This document shows, in pieces, positions 24,832 through 33,706 of a stretch of DNA of 64,000 nt. The first letter of the stretch is position 1. Every line of letters starts with the position of its first letter. Both the position numbers and the translations under genes were made by a program. A model generated the notes under the pieces. The model was not told the origin of the DNA, did no database searches, and saw only the letters and a list, made by a program, of their open reading frames with translations. The stretch is from a virus. The DNA lies in the IMG/VR virus record IMGVR_UViG_3300032322_001011, positions 1 through 64,000 of that record, one strand, 5' to 3'.

Positions 24832-24884
24832 TATTTCTTCTTCTTTTTGTCCTTACAAGAACAACCACATGATTTGCAAGCCAT
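24831..24884 (-). CDS. 17-aa Cys/Lys micropeptide
   Basis: MACKSCGCSCKDKKKKK; stop overlaps next ATG. Confidence 0.55.
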   Translation of the reverse strand: MACKSCGCSCKDKKKKK

Positions 24885-24886
24885 AG

Positions 24887-24991
24887 TTATTTCTTCTTCT
24901 TCTTAACGGCTTTTTTAGCGGCTTTCTTTTTGCCCTTGCCATAACCTGGTGCTTTTTTATCTGTCATCATGCAACCACATTCTGCACACAT
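24887..24991 (-). CDS. 34-aa Cys/Lys peptide
   Basis: MCAECGCMMTDKKAPGYGKGKKKAAKKAVKKKKK. Confidence 0.65.
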   Translation of the reverse strand: MCAECGCMMTDKKAPGYGKGKKKAAKKAVKKKKK

Positions 24992-24992
24992 A

Positions 24993-25172
24993 TTACTTAC
25001 CTGCCTTTTTCTTGGTTTGCTTTTTGGATTGACCTGCTTCAGACAATGCTATCGCAATTGCCTGCTTCTTGGAAGTAACCGTAGGGCCTTCTTTAGAACC
25101 TGAATGAAGATCGCCTTTGGCATATTCTTTCATTACTTTGGCAACCTTCTTTGCACTTTTTTTATCACTCAT
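24993..25172 (-). CDS. DUF6496-like basic protein (59 aa, not in track)
   Basis: KVAKVMKEY.KG.LHSGS..GP.VTSKKQAIAIALSEAG. Confidence 0.8.
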   Translation of the reverse strand: MSDKKSAKKVAKVMKEYAKGDLHSGSKEGPTVTSKKQAIAIALSEAGQSKKQTKKKAGK

Positions 25173-25485
25173 TATCAGTGTCCTTAAATGCTTGACCTAA
25201 TGTGTAATGAAAATCTGGATTCATTGCTAAATCCCACCGAACAGTATCATAGTCTACAGTCTTTGTTTGCTTTGGAATATGACCAAAACCAGAACCCAAT
25301 TCGTGAATTGTGGAATCTGGAAATCCCTTCAAAAGATCAAAAGTCTTTTGATGAAACAGTCTTTCATCAATTTGTCTTTTAGCATCACCAAACAACCCTT
25401 GACCAGCAGGGTGAAACTGGCGTTGATTTAGTTGCCGTTCAGCCTTCTTCTTGCGGAAATCCGCCATGTCAACGATGTCACCCAC
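25165..25485 (-). CDS. hypothetical protein with internal QF tag
   Basis: IVDMADFRKKK followed by RQLNQRQF. Confidence 0.6.
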   Translation of the reverse strand: MGDIVDMADFRKKKAERQLNQRQFHPAGQGLFGDAKRQIDERLFHQKTFDLLKGFPDSTIHELGSGFGHIPKQTKTVDYDTVRWDLAMNPDFHYTLGQAFKDTDNE

Positions 25486-25495
25486 ATTACAACCT

Positions 25496-25696
25496 TTATA
25501 GGCTAATTACTGGCTCAGTTGCCTCAGCAAGTGGGCTACGAGGGGTAACCCCGTATTGAGGTTGGAGAACCATATTGCGCTTGGTTACATACTCCATCTC
25601 AACAGCACCACCACGGCCTGGGGTAAGCGATTTATATGTTCCATCCATGATTCCTTTACGGAGATCATCGTTGGCAGAGCGTTCCATGTTTTGCAT
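25496..25696 (-). CDS. hypothetical protein
   Basis: 66-aa ORF with AAAGGA RBS. Confidence 0.6.
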   Translation of the reverse strand: MQNMERSANDDLRKGIMDGTYKSLTPGRGGAVEMEYVTKRNMVLQPQYGVTPRSPLAEATEPVISL

Positions 25697-25710
25697 AAAG
25701 ATCCTTTTAC

Positions 25711-26592
25711 TCAGTAGATATTAATTCTATCAAAATCAGCACCTTGTGCTGAAGCACCACCAGATTGTGCGTTTCCACCACGCATTCCACCAATTGAAAT
25801 AAATGGGTTGCCTGGAGAACCAGAAGTACCTGTTGAAGCACCACCATTTTTGGGGGCGTAAATTTGTGGAGCGTTGTTTACGTTTGCGCTGGTGTTTGTA
25901 TTGGTGGCAGCAGGTGGTTGCATCGCAGGCGTAGATTGTGCAGCAGTTTTAGGTTGACGTGGTTGACGAACCCTACCACCAGCAACACCTTGCGTTTGAA
26001 TACGCTGTTGTTGATCTGGGGTTCCATTCTTTGAAATGTCCGTAGCAAGAGCACGGCGAGCACGAGCAGTAGCGTTTCTACGATCCCTTTGCTCTTGGGT
26101 TAACTGTGGGCGTTGCCTGGGAGTTTGTCCTGCTGGATTTTGCCCTACTGGTTGCTGACCTGTTGGTTGTTGAAATTGAACTCCAGCAGATCCTCCACCA
26201 AAATCACCACGCCCAAGGTTTTCTTGGCTACCAAAAGTTGCTCGTTGGTCAAGGTTGAACGTATATGTAGTTGTTGGGCTTTGTGGACCTTGCTGTTGCT
26301 GTTGCTGTTGCTGTTGTTTTCTTCCACGACCCCAGAAACCACGACCACCACTACGACCAGCACGATAGTTGTAAAAGTTATTTCGGTTTGCAGGATTCAT
26401 CATCCATGCGTTCATACCTTGTGCAAGCATGCTGTCTTGTTGTGGTGGGCCAGAAGTTGCACCCCAATTACGTTGCATAGAACCAGCACCAGCGTTGTAT
26501 GGTTGTGGGGCTGCAAAGTTTCCACCTTGAATCTGCCCAGTTGGGGCAGACATATTCTGTTGAGGGACACCACCGAAAGGGTTATTAGCCAT
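25711..26592 (-). CDS. Gln/Gly/Asn-rich disordered protein
   Basis: Poly-Q, RGG tract; shares motifs with the 764-aa protein and tape measure. Confidence 0.75.
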   Translation of the reverse strand: MANNPFGGVPQQNMSAPTGQIQGGNFAAPQPYNAGAGSMQRNWGATSGPPQQDSMLAQGMNAWMMNPANRNNFYNYRAGRSGGRGFWGRGRKQQQQQQQQQGPQSPTTTYTFNLDQRATFGSQENLGRGDFGGGSAGVQFQQPTGQQPVGQNPAGQTPRQRPQLTQEQRDRRNATARARRALATDISKNGTPDQQQRIQTQGVAGGRVRQPRQPKTAAQSTPAMQPPAATNTNTSANVNNAPQIYAPKNGGASTGTSGSPGNPFISIGGMRGGNAQSGGASAQGADFDRINIY

Positions 26593-26598
26593 GTCTAA

Positions 26599-26922
26599 TT
26601 ATACCCAAAGACTTTGCATTGAGTATCGCCCAGAACCACTGAACTTATCATCGTTCATTTGTGCTCTCTGGAACATCACAGGAGCACCTGAAACCCATGA
26701 ACGGTATTGGGGTGTCCAACGATCCACTGACAAAATGTCCACAATCCCAAGTTCCTGCTTTAAAAACCCACGTGATTGTGGAAATGCTTGCTGTGGGACA
26801 ACAGGGCGAGTAGCACGAATAGTTTCTGGGTCAGAAATAGCAGACTGCAAAGCAATATCGGTAAGCAACTCTTCACGAGACTGCCACGGGCGTGTGCTTC
26901 TGTGGTTATCTACAGTAGGCAT
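26599..26922 (-). CDS. hypothetical protein
   Basis: TRPWQSREE; TAATG overlap. Confidence 0.65.
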   Translation of the reverse strand: MPTVDNHRSTRPWQSREELLTDIALQSAISDPETIRATRPVVPQQAFPQSRGFLKQELGIVDILSVDRWTPQYRSWVSGAPVMFQRAQMNDDKFSGSGRYSMQSLWV

Positions 26923-27188
26923 TAGTGCTCTGGTGGGTAAAAGTTAGGGTCATAACTTGACCAATTTTCAGGTGCTTCAGGATGGTATTGTTCATCATTT
27001 GATTTAGCAACACCATCGTTGCCGTAAGCATCCAAATACGCTTCAAACTCTTCATCATTTTGCGTATGTTTTCTAGCCTGACGTTCACGAGATTCCATTT
27101 GCATTTCTTTTATTTCGTTATGCATGTCCATAGCATCACGCCCAACTTGGCGACCCATGTGATGACGAGTGTCTTGTCCTCTAGGCAT
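26922..27188 (-). CDS. MPRG-tag protein 1
   Basis: MPRGQDTRHHMGRQV. Confidence 0.75.
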   Translation of the reverse strand: MPRGQDTRHHMGRQVGRDAMDMHNEIKEMQMESRERQARKHTQNDEEFEAYLDAYGNDGVAKSNDEQYHPEAPENWSSYDPNFYPPEH

Positions 27189-27496
27189 TATTTGATTGGC
27201 TTTCCTCTAAATGATGGGTTATTGTTTTCATCCCATGAGAATAGCGGTTTCTTTTCAACTCTTCCAGTACCACCCTTGGCTTTATCAATCAAGTTGCGAG
27301 GAGCAATGTCAGACAGACGGGCTTCTTGACCTGTGTACTCAGGTGTGTTTGGATCATCCAAGTCAGGGTTTCCTGGAGGCCCAATCAATGCATCTTTAAT
27401 GCGTGACATCATTGAAGGCTTTGCCTTTTTAGCACGATGTGCATCAAGACTTACGATGCGAGCACCGTGGTGTCGGGTGTCTTCACCTCTAGGCAT
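27188..27496 (-). CDS. MPRG-tag protein 2
   Basis: MPRGEDTRHHGARIV. Confidence 0.75.
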   Translation of the reverse strand: MPRGEDTRHHGARIVSLDAHRAKKAKPSMMSRIKDALIGPPGNPDLDDPNTPEYTGQEARLSDIAPRNLIDKAKGGTGRVEKKPLFSWDENNNPSFRGKPIK

Positions 27497-27702
27497 TATT
27501 GATACCTACTTTCTGGTCCAAGCACTTTACCGACAAAAGAACGCTGAACAGAAGGTTCATCTAGTTCAGAAACATGTTCAGCAATATCTGCTGGGTTGAT
27601 ACTTCCCCACACTGCTGTTTGCTGTTGGATAATACGATCAAGAATGGCTTCTTTGTCAACCCTACGTTTCTCGTGATTACGAGTATCTTCACCTCTAGGC
27701 AT
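27496..27702 (-). CDS. MPRG-tag protein 3
   Basis: MPRGEDTRNHEKRRV. Confidence 0.75.
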   Translation of the reverse strand: MPRGEDTRNHEKRRVDKEAILDRIIQQQTAVWGSINPADIAEHVSELDEPSVQRSFVGKVLGPESRYQ

Positions 27703-27713
27703 AAACTATTCCT

Positions 27714-27992
27714 TTATTGTGGTGTGTTTGACCACGTGTTTGTAATTGGGTCAATTAGGATGTTCCCAGTACCTTTTCGGCGTGGTGCTCCCTTAACATC
27801 ACCAGGATGCCCAATTTCACCTTCTGGTATTTGGTATGACGGGTGGTCACCGCTACCAGGACTTGTAAATTTGTCAGAACCTGATGTCTGGCGATCAATA
27901 AAAGTAGGAAGTCTTTCTGAAGACCTCGCAGCAAACCCTGAACGGTCAACCCTGCGGTTAGGGTGGTTATTTGTGTTTTCTCCTCTAGGCAT
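27714..27992 (-). CDS. MPRG-tag protein 4
   Basis: MPRGENTNNHPNRRV. Confidence 0.75.
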   Translation of the reverse strand: MPRGENTNNHPNRRVDRSGFAARSSERLPTFIDRQTSGSDKFTSPGSGDHPSYQIPEGEIGHPGDVKGAPRRKGTGNILIDPITNTWSNTPQ

Positions 27993-30286
27993 TATGGCTT
28001 CTTTCTACGTGGGTTTTTTGGTTCAGAAGCAGGTGCTGGTGCTGGTGCAGAAGCAGGTGCTGTATTGTTTGTTGTTGGGCGACCTGCACTCTGTGCATTT
28101 TTTGCACGTGGGTGTGAAGGCTGACCAGAACTTGCAGGGCCACCCGTTGAAAGAACGGTTGCTCCCCTGTTTGTTGATGTTGCACGACCAGCAGTGCTCG
28201 CCACTGTTGGGGTAGTGTTAACAGTTCCACCAGTGATGTTTCCAAATGTGGATTCACCAATTACTTGTGGGGCAAAGTTTATGTTTGCGCTGTTATTAAC
28301 ATTGATTCCACCGCCGTTGCCACCACCAAAATCACCACGACCAAGGTTTGTTTGATCACCAAAAGTAACTGGTCCTGAAATGTTATAGAACGAACCAGAA
28401 CGACTTGATGGAGCAGACGGAGCAGGCGCTGAAGAACTTGGACCTGCTGGTGCTGGCATTGCACTTGGTTTTCCACCACCTGATACCGATGGGGGTGTCA
28501 TTGGTGTATTAGTTGCAGGAGTTGGTGTACCTCCAGCACGACCACCTTTTCCACCACCAAAGAACGTACGCATACGACCACCTAAACCTGGTTTTGAGGG
28601 TGAAGCAGGTGATGCAGGAGTTGGTTCTGTTTCCGAACCCCAATCATAGAAGTTCCCATCAGCAGGGCGTGGAGCACTCTCCGAAGTCCGCATTGTTCCG
28701 CCTTCACGAGCAGTACGAATTTGGCGAATACGCTCTGCGTTTGCCTTAGCCTCTGACGCAGTTCCGTAAACAGGTTCACTCGTTCCGCTCTTGTCAGTGT
28801 TAAGAATGAACTTACTGCCACCGCCAGTTGATGCTTTTGGAGTAGCACGTTCTGCTTCATCAGCATCAGAGCCAAAGCGAATTACACCGACCTCATCTCC
28901 GTAGGCATCAGCATCCAGTGCTGCTTCTTCTTTATCCCTAACAGCAGCCATTCCTGCTTCGCTCATTGCTTTTTCTTCTGGTGTCATTGAGTCAAGAAGT
29001 GCGCCGTACTTTTCTCGGTAATAACCTGGCTTGTTTTTGTCAGGTGCAGCAGTCTCAGCAGCAGTTTCTGCCGCAGTTGGCTTACTAACATTTGGAAAGT
29101 TGCGCTTCTTTTTAGTTTCGGCAGGTGCTTCCATTGCAGCATCTATCTCAGCCTGCTTCTGTGCAGTTTTTTCTGGGTCGTTAATATCTGCCATGTACTG
29201 TTCTATTGCGGTCTTCTTTGGTTCTTCTGGTGGTCGTGGCTTCTCACGTTGGGCAGAACGCCCTGTAGCAAGTTCTTCTTCAACTGCCTCTGGTGAACCC
29301 ACGGCAGGAGCGGAAGGCTTCTTTTTACCCTTACCTTTTGCTTTTGGAGCAGGAGCATCTGCTTCACCATCAGCCACTTCTCTAGTCCCACGGAAGTCAG
29401 GATGTGCTTCAATTTCTGCTTGAAGTTTTTCTCTAGCCTTACCAGTTGCTCTGCGAGTGTTTGATTTACGTGCTTTATCAAGCGCTGCTGCGGCTTCTGC
29501 TTCAGTTCCAGTAATGCCAGGCATTCGGCCTGCGGCAAAATCCTTTTCACTTTGTGAAGGAATGTATTCTGATTCGTTTTTCTTTTTCTTAGCCACAGGC
29601 TTCTCCGATGCTGAAGGTAATGCAGGTTCTTCTACTTTACCAGTTTTATTAGAAGTATTGAGAAGTGAATCTCTAGAATTCTCGTATGTTTCTTTTACCT
29701 TTAGTCTGTTTGCTTCTCTTTTTTTAGTTTCTTCTGCACCAGCCTTTGTAGGTTTGTGTTCATACAATGGTGTAGTTGGTGGGGGAGTAGGAAATCCAGT
29801 GCGATAAGAATTAACAGCATTTCCTATCCAGTCTGGGATTTCTCCACCTCTATGATCGTTTTGACCATATAGTTCATGGCCTGGTCCTTCACGAGTATCG
29901 TGTATGTCTAGTCCGTAACTGTAATAGTCATCAGGCCATTGATCAGGATTAACAGGGGTTGTTCGGTGTCCGTGTTCATTGACATTGTATTTTATGAAGT
30001 TACCTTCTTCATCAATTGGACCTGGACCAACACTACCAAGTGTTCCCCATTGGTACGGTGTTACCATTCCTTTTTCTAAAAGATCGGCTCGTCTGTCCCA
30101 TTTTGTTTTAAGCATGTCTTCTTCACCATGCCCTTTTGATTTCCAATATTCATCATGTGATGCACCAGACCTACGATGACGCATACCTAAGAGTTTGTTA
30201 ACTTCTGGTACGGGCATAAGGTCTGAAGGATCAACATCAAACCGTGTAAGGTTCGCTAATGGGTTATCTTGTTTTTTCTTAACCAT
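27992..30286 (-). CDS. large low-complexity, largely disordered protein (764 aa)
   Basis: Ala/Glu/Lys/Pro-rich middle, Ser/Gly/Thr-rich C-terminus. Confidence 0.8.
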   Translation of the reverse strand: MVKKKQDNPLANLTRFDVDPSDLMPVPEVNKLLGMRHRRSGASHDEYWKSKGHGEEDMLKTKWDRRADLLEKGMVTPYQWGTLGSVGPGPIDEEGNFIKYNVNEHGHRTTPVNPDQWPDDYYSYGLDIHDTREGPGHELYGQNDHRGGEIPDWIGNAVNSYRTGFPTPPPTTPLYEHKPTKAGAEETKKREANRLKVKETYENSRDSLLNTSNKTGKVEEPALPSASEKPVAKKKKNESEYIPSQSEKDFAAGRMPGITGTEAEAAAALDKARKSNTRRATGKAREKLQAEIEAHPDFRGTREVADGEADAPAPKAKGKGKKKPSAPAVGSPEAVEEELATGRSAQREKPRPPEEPKKTAIEQYMADINDPEKTAQKQAEIDAAMEAPAETKKKRNFPNVSKPTAAETAAETAAPDKNKPGYYREKYGALLDSMTPEEKAMSEAGMAAVRDKEEAALDADAYGDEVGVIRFGSDADEAERATPKASTGGGSKFILNTDKSGTSEPVYGTASEAKANAERIRQIRTAREGGTMRTSESAPRPADGNFYDWGSETEPTPASPASPSKPGLGGRMRTFFGGGKGGRAGGTPTPATNTPMTPPSVSGGGKPSAMPAPAGPSSSAPAPSAPSSRSGSFYNISGPVTFGDQTNLGRGDFGGGNGGGINVNNSANINFAPQVIGESTFGNITGGTVNTTPTVASTAGRATSTNRGATVLSTGGPASSGQPSHPRAKNAQSAGRPTTNNTAPASAPAPAPASEPKNPRRKKP

Positions 30287-30294
30287 ATACAGCC

Positions 30295-30909
30295 TTAGTC
30301 AAATAAAGATGGTTGTTGAAATACAGGAAATTGTTGAGCAGAAATATGAGTTTTAGCGTTTGCTACAGAGTTATCACTTATGGATTTTGTTACTGGTCCA
30401 TATTTTTTAGATCCTTCAAGTTCTTCTTTTGGCTTTAACAAATCACCTGCTGGTTCATACGTTCCAGGAGATGTTTCTTTAAAGTTCCATTCACCATTCC
30501 CACGCATTCCCCACCAACTACGCATACCGTGTGGTTTAAGTTGCTTTATGATTTCAGCACCTTTGCGCTCTGCCATACTTTCAAAATCTGAAAAAGGAAC
30601 ACCATTTTCTTTGTGCATCCTTGTTGCCATATCTTCTAAATGAAGTTGGTTTTCACGGTGAGTGCTGTATTTTTCCCAAAAGTCATCGTCTGAACCATCA
30701 CCAATAAATGCGCTATTTGATTTACTGACTGCTTCCATTGCATTTTTATACTCAGGATTAACTTTGCTAAATGCTTGATCCCGTAATTCAGTTGCCAACC
30801 ATAGTTTGTGGCTTTTACCCCAAGAATCTTCTTGTTCTTGTGTTTTTGAAGGAGTCCAATATGCGGCTTCGCCAGTACCCTTTTTAGACCGTTTTTTCTT
30901 TTCAGCCAT
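30295..30909 (-). CDS. hypothetical protein with C-terminal QF tag
   Basis: Ends ...AKTHISAQQFPVFQQPSLFD. Confidence 0.7.
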   Translation of the reverse strand: MAEKKKRSKKGTGEAAYWTPSKTQEQEDSWGKSHKLWLATELRDQAFSKVNPEYKNAMEAVSKSNSAFIGDGSDDDFWEKYSTHRENQLHLEDMATRMHKENGVPFSDFESMAERKGAEIIKQLKPHGMRSWWGMRGNGEWNFKETSPGTYEPAGDLLKPKEELEGSKKYGPVTKSISDNSVANAKTHISAQQFPVFQQPSLFD

Positions 30910-30912
30910 TAT

Positions 30913-31413
30913 TTATCTCCAAGAAGGGCGAAGCGATTGGAGTTTGGCACGGCGTTCAGCGTCAATATAGTCTTGATTAGGTTGGTCAATAACCCGTGGG
31001 ATTCCTTTAGGACCAACTTTTCCGTCATTAGTCAATTGTACAGGCACTGCGCCTGGGGGTGCGAATTTCTGACCTCGTGACTCATGGGCGATCCCAGTCC
31101 AAAGATTGAACTCGTTAGGCCATAGGTAATCGCCTTGGTTAATACGCTCACCTTTGTGGACACCACGAGAATATTGACGGGCGTTATTGCGACTAAGCGT
31201 TCCAAGAATCTTGTCTTGTCGGCGGTTAGACGACATTGTTCCAAGGTATCCGTCTGGATACGTAGTATCTGAGATAGTCCGATAACCAGCAAGTTGATAA
31301 TCCTTGTTGTTACGGAAAACAGGAGCAGGACCAAATTGGTTTTGGGTTGCACCACCAGAAGCCTCAGATGGGCCTTGCCAATGGTTAAACGAGGTCTGCG
31401 AAGACCCAGCCAT
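30913..31413 (-). CDS. conserved phage hypothetical protein
   Basis: YPDGYLGT...RRQDK...Y.RGVHKGERI...DY.WP. Confidence 0.75.
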   Translation of the reverse strand: MAGSSQTSFNHWQGPSEASGGATQNQFGPAPVFRNNKDYQLAGYRTISDTTYPDGYLGTMSSNRRQDKILGTLSRNNARQYSRGVHKGERINQGDYLWPNEFNLWTGIAHESRGQKFAPPGAVPVQLTNDGKVGPKGIPRVIDQPNQDYIDAERRAKLQSLRPSWR

Positions 31414-31625
31414 TAGTTGTACCAGCCGTTCCTGTACCTATTTTCACGAGACTCTTCATATGATTCTTGATACTCAAAAGGCTTTCTAGGTGGCTGCTCG
31501 TTATCGCCATACCCACCAGTCTTAGTTCCTGGTTTCTTAGGTGGAGTCGTACCACTACCACCAGTAGAAGTTTGTGGACCTACTTGGCGCTTAGGGTGAT
31601 TGCGAGTATCTTGTCCTTTAGGCAT
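31413..31625 (-). CDS. MPRG-tag protein 5
   Basis: MPKGQDTRNHPKRQV. Confidence 0.75.
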   Translation of the reverse strand: MPKGQDTRNHPKRQVGPQTSTGGSGTTPPKKPGTKTGGYGDNEQPPRKPFEYQESYEESRENRYRNGWYN

Positions 31626-31747
31626 TAAATTGTTCCGATGCTAGTAATGAACCCACCAGCCGCACCTGCCGCAGAGGTGATGGGGCGTGGGGCATCCTTT
31701 TTAGGAGCAACTTTCTTTTTAGCAGCCTTTTTCTTCTTAGCAGCCAT
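31625..31747 (-). CDS. 40-aa Lys-rich peptide (not in track)
   Basis: MAAKKKKAAKKKVAPKK...; TAATG overlaps both ends. Confidence 0.6.
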   Translation of the reverse strand: MAAKKKKAAKKKVAPKKDAPRPITSAAGAAGGFITSIGTI

Positions 31748-31926
31748 TAGTAACCTTGACTATCGGACCATCTATTATCTCGGAAACGTAAAGCAGCATC
31801 ACGTGCATCTCTTGCCGTATCAGTCGTGTTTATTGGGGCAGATGTATTATGCGCTTGGTCAACTTGGCGGCGAGCCTTACGACCACCGTACTTAAGTGTT
31901 TCAGCAGTTCTTGGGCGATTACGCAT
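31747..31926 (-). CDS. 59-aa Arg-rich protein (not in track)
   Basis: MRNRPRTAETLKYGGRKARRQVD...; TAATG overlaps both ends. Confidence 0.6.
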   Translation of the reverse strand: MRNRPRTAETLKYGGRKARRQVDQAHNTSAPINTTDTARDARDAALRFRDNRWSDSQGY

Positions 31927-32486
31927 TACTTTCCCATTCGCCCACGGTTTTGACCTTGACGGTACTTTTGTTCACCCTTAGCACCACCTGCAAGGTACGC
32001 AGATTCGCTACCAGATGGTTTTTCCGCAAAGGAATCACCGTCTTTAAGACCAAGCATTTTGTTATTTTTCATGCGCCTTGTTTCGTCTGCTTTAGCAACA
32101 TCAAATGATTGTCCTGCGGCTTTTGACTCAGCCATTACTTTAGGACTGTTTACGTTCTTCAAAGCCTTTGCAGTCTTTTTCTTGTCTTTAAGAATTGCCT
32201 TACCTTCTGGGGAACCTGGTTCATGGTAAGTGGTGTATTCAGCACCAATCTTTACCCTCTCCCTTGGATTCATTGCATCTGAACCATCTGGTTTGATGTA
32301 GCCAGAGTGTGCTGGTTTTGGTGCAGCATCACGGTCTGCACGGCGCTGGGTCATTGCCTGTGTAGTGTTTTGGCTGTCGTCACGCACCGTGTGGGTATCT
32401 ACTTTTGCACCCACTCGTGGGCGGTGTGCGCCACTGTTTGCGTACGGGGTGATCCCGTTTACCTTGTCACGATTAAACCAGCCCAT
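31926..32486 (-). CDS. basic disordered hypothetical protein
   Basis: 186 aa, GAGG RBS. Confidence 0.7.
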   Translation of the reverse strand: MGWFNRDKVNGITPYANSGAHRPRVGAKVDTHTVRDDSQNTTQAMTQRRADRDAAPKPAHSGYIKPDGSDAMNPRERVKIGAEYTTYHEPGSPEGKAILKDKKKTAKALKNVNSPKVMAESKAAGQSFDVAKADETRRMKNNKMLGLKDGDSFAEKPSGSESAYLAGGAKGEQKYRQGQNRGRMGK

Positions 32487-32489
32487 GTT

Positions 32490-32780
32490 CTACCTCACTA
32501 CGGGTTTGAAGGATATAGCGGAGATATTCTCTCCATTCTCTCCAATAATATCATCAAAGCCAACAACAAAAGATAGGTCAATGCCACGTGGGGCAACAAA
32601 GCCTCGTGCGATAGCACAGGCTTTAGCGGCTTGATTTACAGCGCTTGCGCCAATAGCCCGAATCTTGGGCAAATGACCAGCCACAATAGAACGAGCAAGG
32701 ATAGAACCCACACTCTGGGGGTTACTTGATCCTGATACTTTCAGGACATCTTCAACTTTTGTATTCAATTCTTGGGACAT
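32490..32780 (-). CDS. spoVS: Stage V sporulation protein S (Alba-like)
   Basis: LKVS..SNP.SV...AIGA.AVNQA.KA.AIARGFVAP.G.DL closely follows SpoVS. Confidence 0.92.
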   Translation of the reverse strand: MSQELNTKVEDVLKVSGSSNPQSVGSILARSIVAGHLPKIRAIGASAVNQAAKACAIARGFVAPRGIDLSFVVGFDDIIGENGENISAISFKPVVR

Positions 32781-32822
32781 ATTGACTCCTAGTTAGGTAA
32801 ACAGTTGTCCCAATAATATCAT

Positions 32823-33194
32823 TTATGCGTAACCAGCATCCTTGAGCAATTTAAGCATGTCTTCTAACGGCATAATTGCATAGGATTCACCAACAGCAGC
32901 AGCACCTTTTCCTGGTCGTTTAACCACCAATAGAGGTACTCCACAAGTCAATCTAGATGCCTGCTCCACAGTGGCATTGAGCCATTCACTTAGTTTGAAT
33001 GACTTCTGATTCTTGCACTGAATGGCAAGTTCTTTGGCAGGTATCTCACGAGCCTGAACCACACCGTGGATGTCACCAGCATCATTCTCCCCAGCAAGGG
33101 CTGTGCGGCGAGCATTACAGAAATCTTGCTCTTTGAGGTAGTTAACAATAAGGGTTTCAAACGATGTCCCTTTTGCTTTGTGTTTATTTCCCAT
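32823..33194 (-). CDS. Holliday junction resolvase (PD-(D/E)xK)
   Basis: KAKGTSFE ... D.GDI ... IQCKN. Confidence 0.8.
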   Translation of the reverse strand: MGNKHKAKGTSFETLIVNYLKEQDFCNARRTALAGENDAGDIHGVVQAREIPAKELAIQCKNQKSFKLSEWLNATVEQASRLTCGVPLLVVKRPGKGAAAVGESYAIMPLEDMLKLLKDAGYA

Positions 33195-33235
33195 CTGGGT
33201 CTATCTCCGAATTTTGGTGTGTGGGTACAAACTTT

Positions 33236-33706
33236 TTATGGCGTAAATCTGTGTTGGCGAAGTTCCTTGCCTGACATACCAATGCGGCGTGACAGTTCAC
33301 GGGAAACTACTTGAGCACCACGTTCGCAGCGATCAAACACAGTGTCTACCAACTTACGGTACGCACGTTTCTGTGTGTGTACTTCAATCTGATCTTGGAT
33401 CTTTGGGTCAACATCTCGCTTGGCTTTAGCCACGGTAACCAGATCACCCTTAGCCTTGTCACCCCACTGCTCAATCAATACAGATGACTGTAGGTACTCA
33501 AGGATGTTGCGCTCACGTTCTTCTGAAATCTCAGCCTGAACTAGTTGAGCCTTGGCATAGACCAACCATGCCATAAAGTCGGTGTACAACTCCATAAGAT
33601 CGGAGTCTCCGATGTCTCCAATGTTACGAGGAAGTTCGGGGAGTAGTCCCTTTGGCTTTTCTGGTAACGGGAAGTTTTGTTTGAACAGTTCCATCTCTGG
33701 ATTCAT
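33236..33706 (-). CDS. helical recombination-associated protein
   Basis: Coiled-coil ending SRELSRR; between nuclease genes. Confidence 0.55.
   Translation of the reverse strand: MNPEMELFKQNFPLPEKPKGLLPELPRNIGDIGDSDLMELYTDFMAWLVYAKAQLVQAEISEERERNILEYLQSSVLIEQWGDKAKGDLVTVAKAKRDVDPKIQDQIEVHTQKRAYRKLVDTVFDRCERGAQVVSRELSRRIGMSGKELRQHRFTP

Noticed and set aside
26290-26318. (CTGTTG)n microsatellite as a phase-variation locus
   Set aside because: In-frame alternating CAA/CAG codons of a poly-Gln tract; length change would not shift frame
26922-27992. Integron-like cassette array or diversity-generating retroelement
   Set aside because: No attC-like palindromes, integrase or reverse transcriptase; conservation is mainly at peptide level
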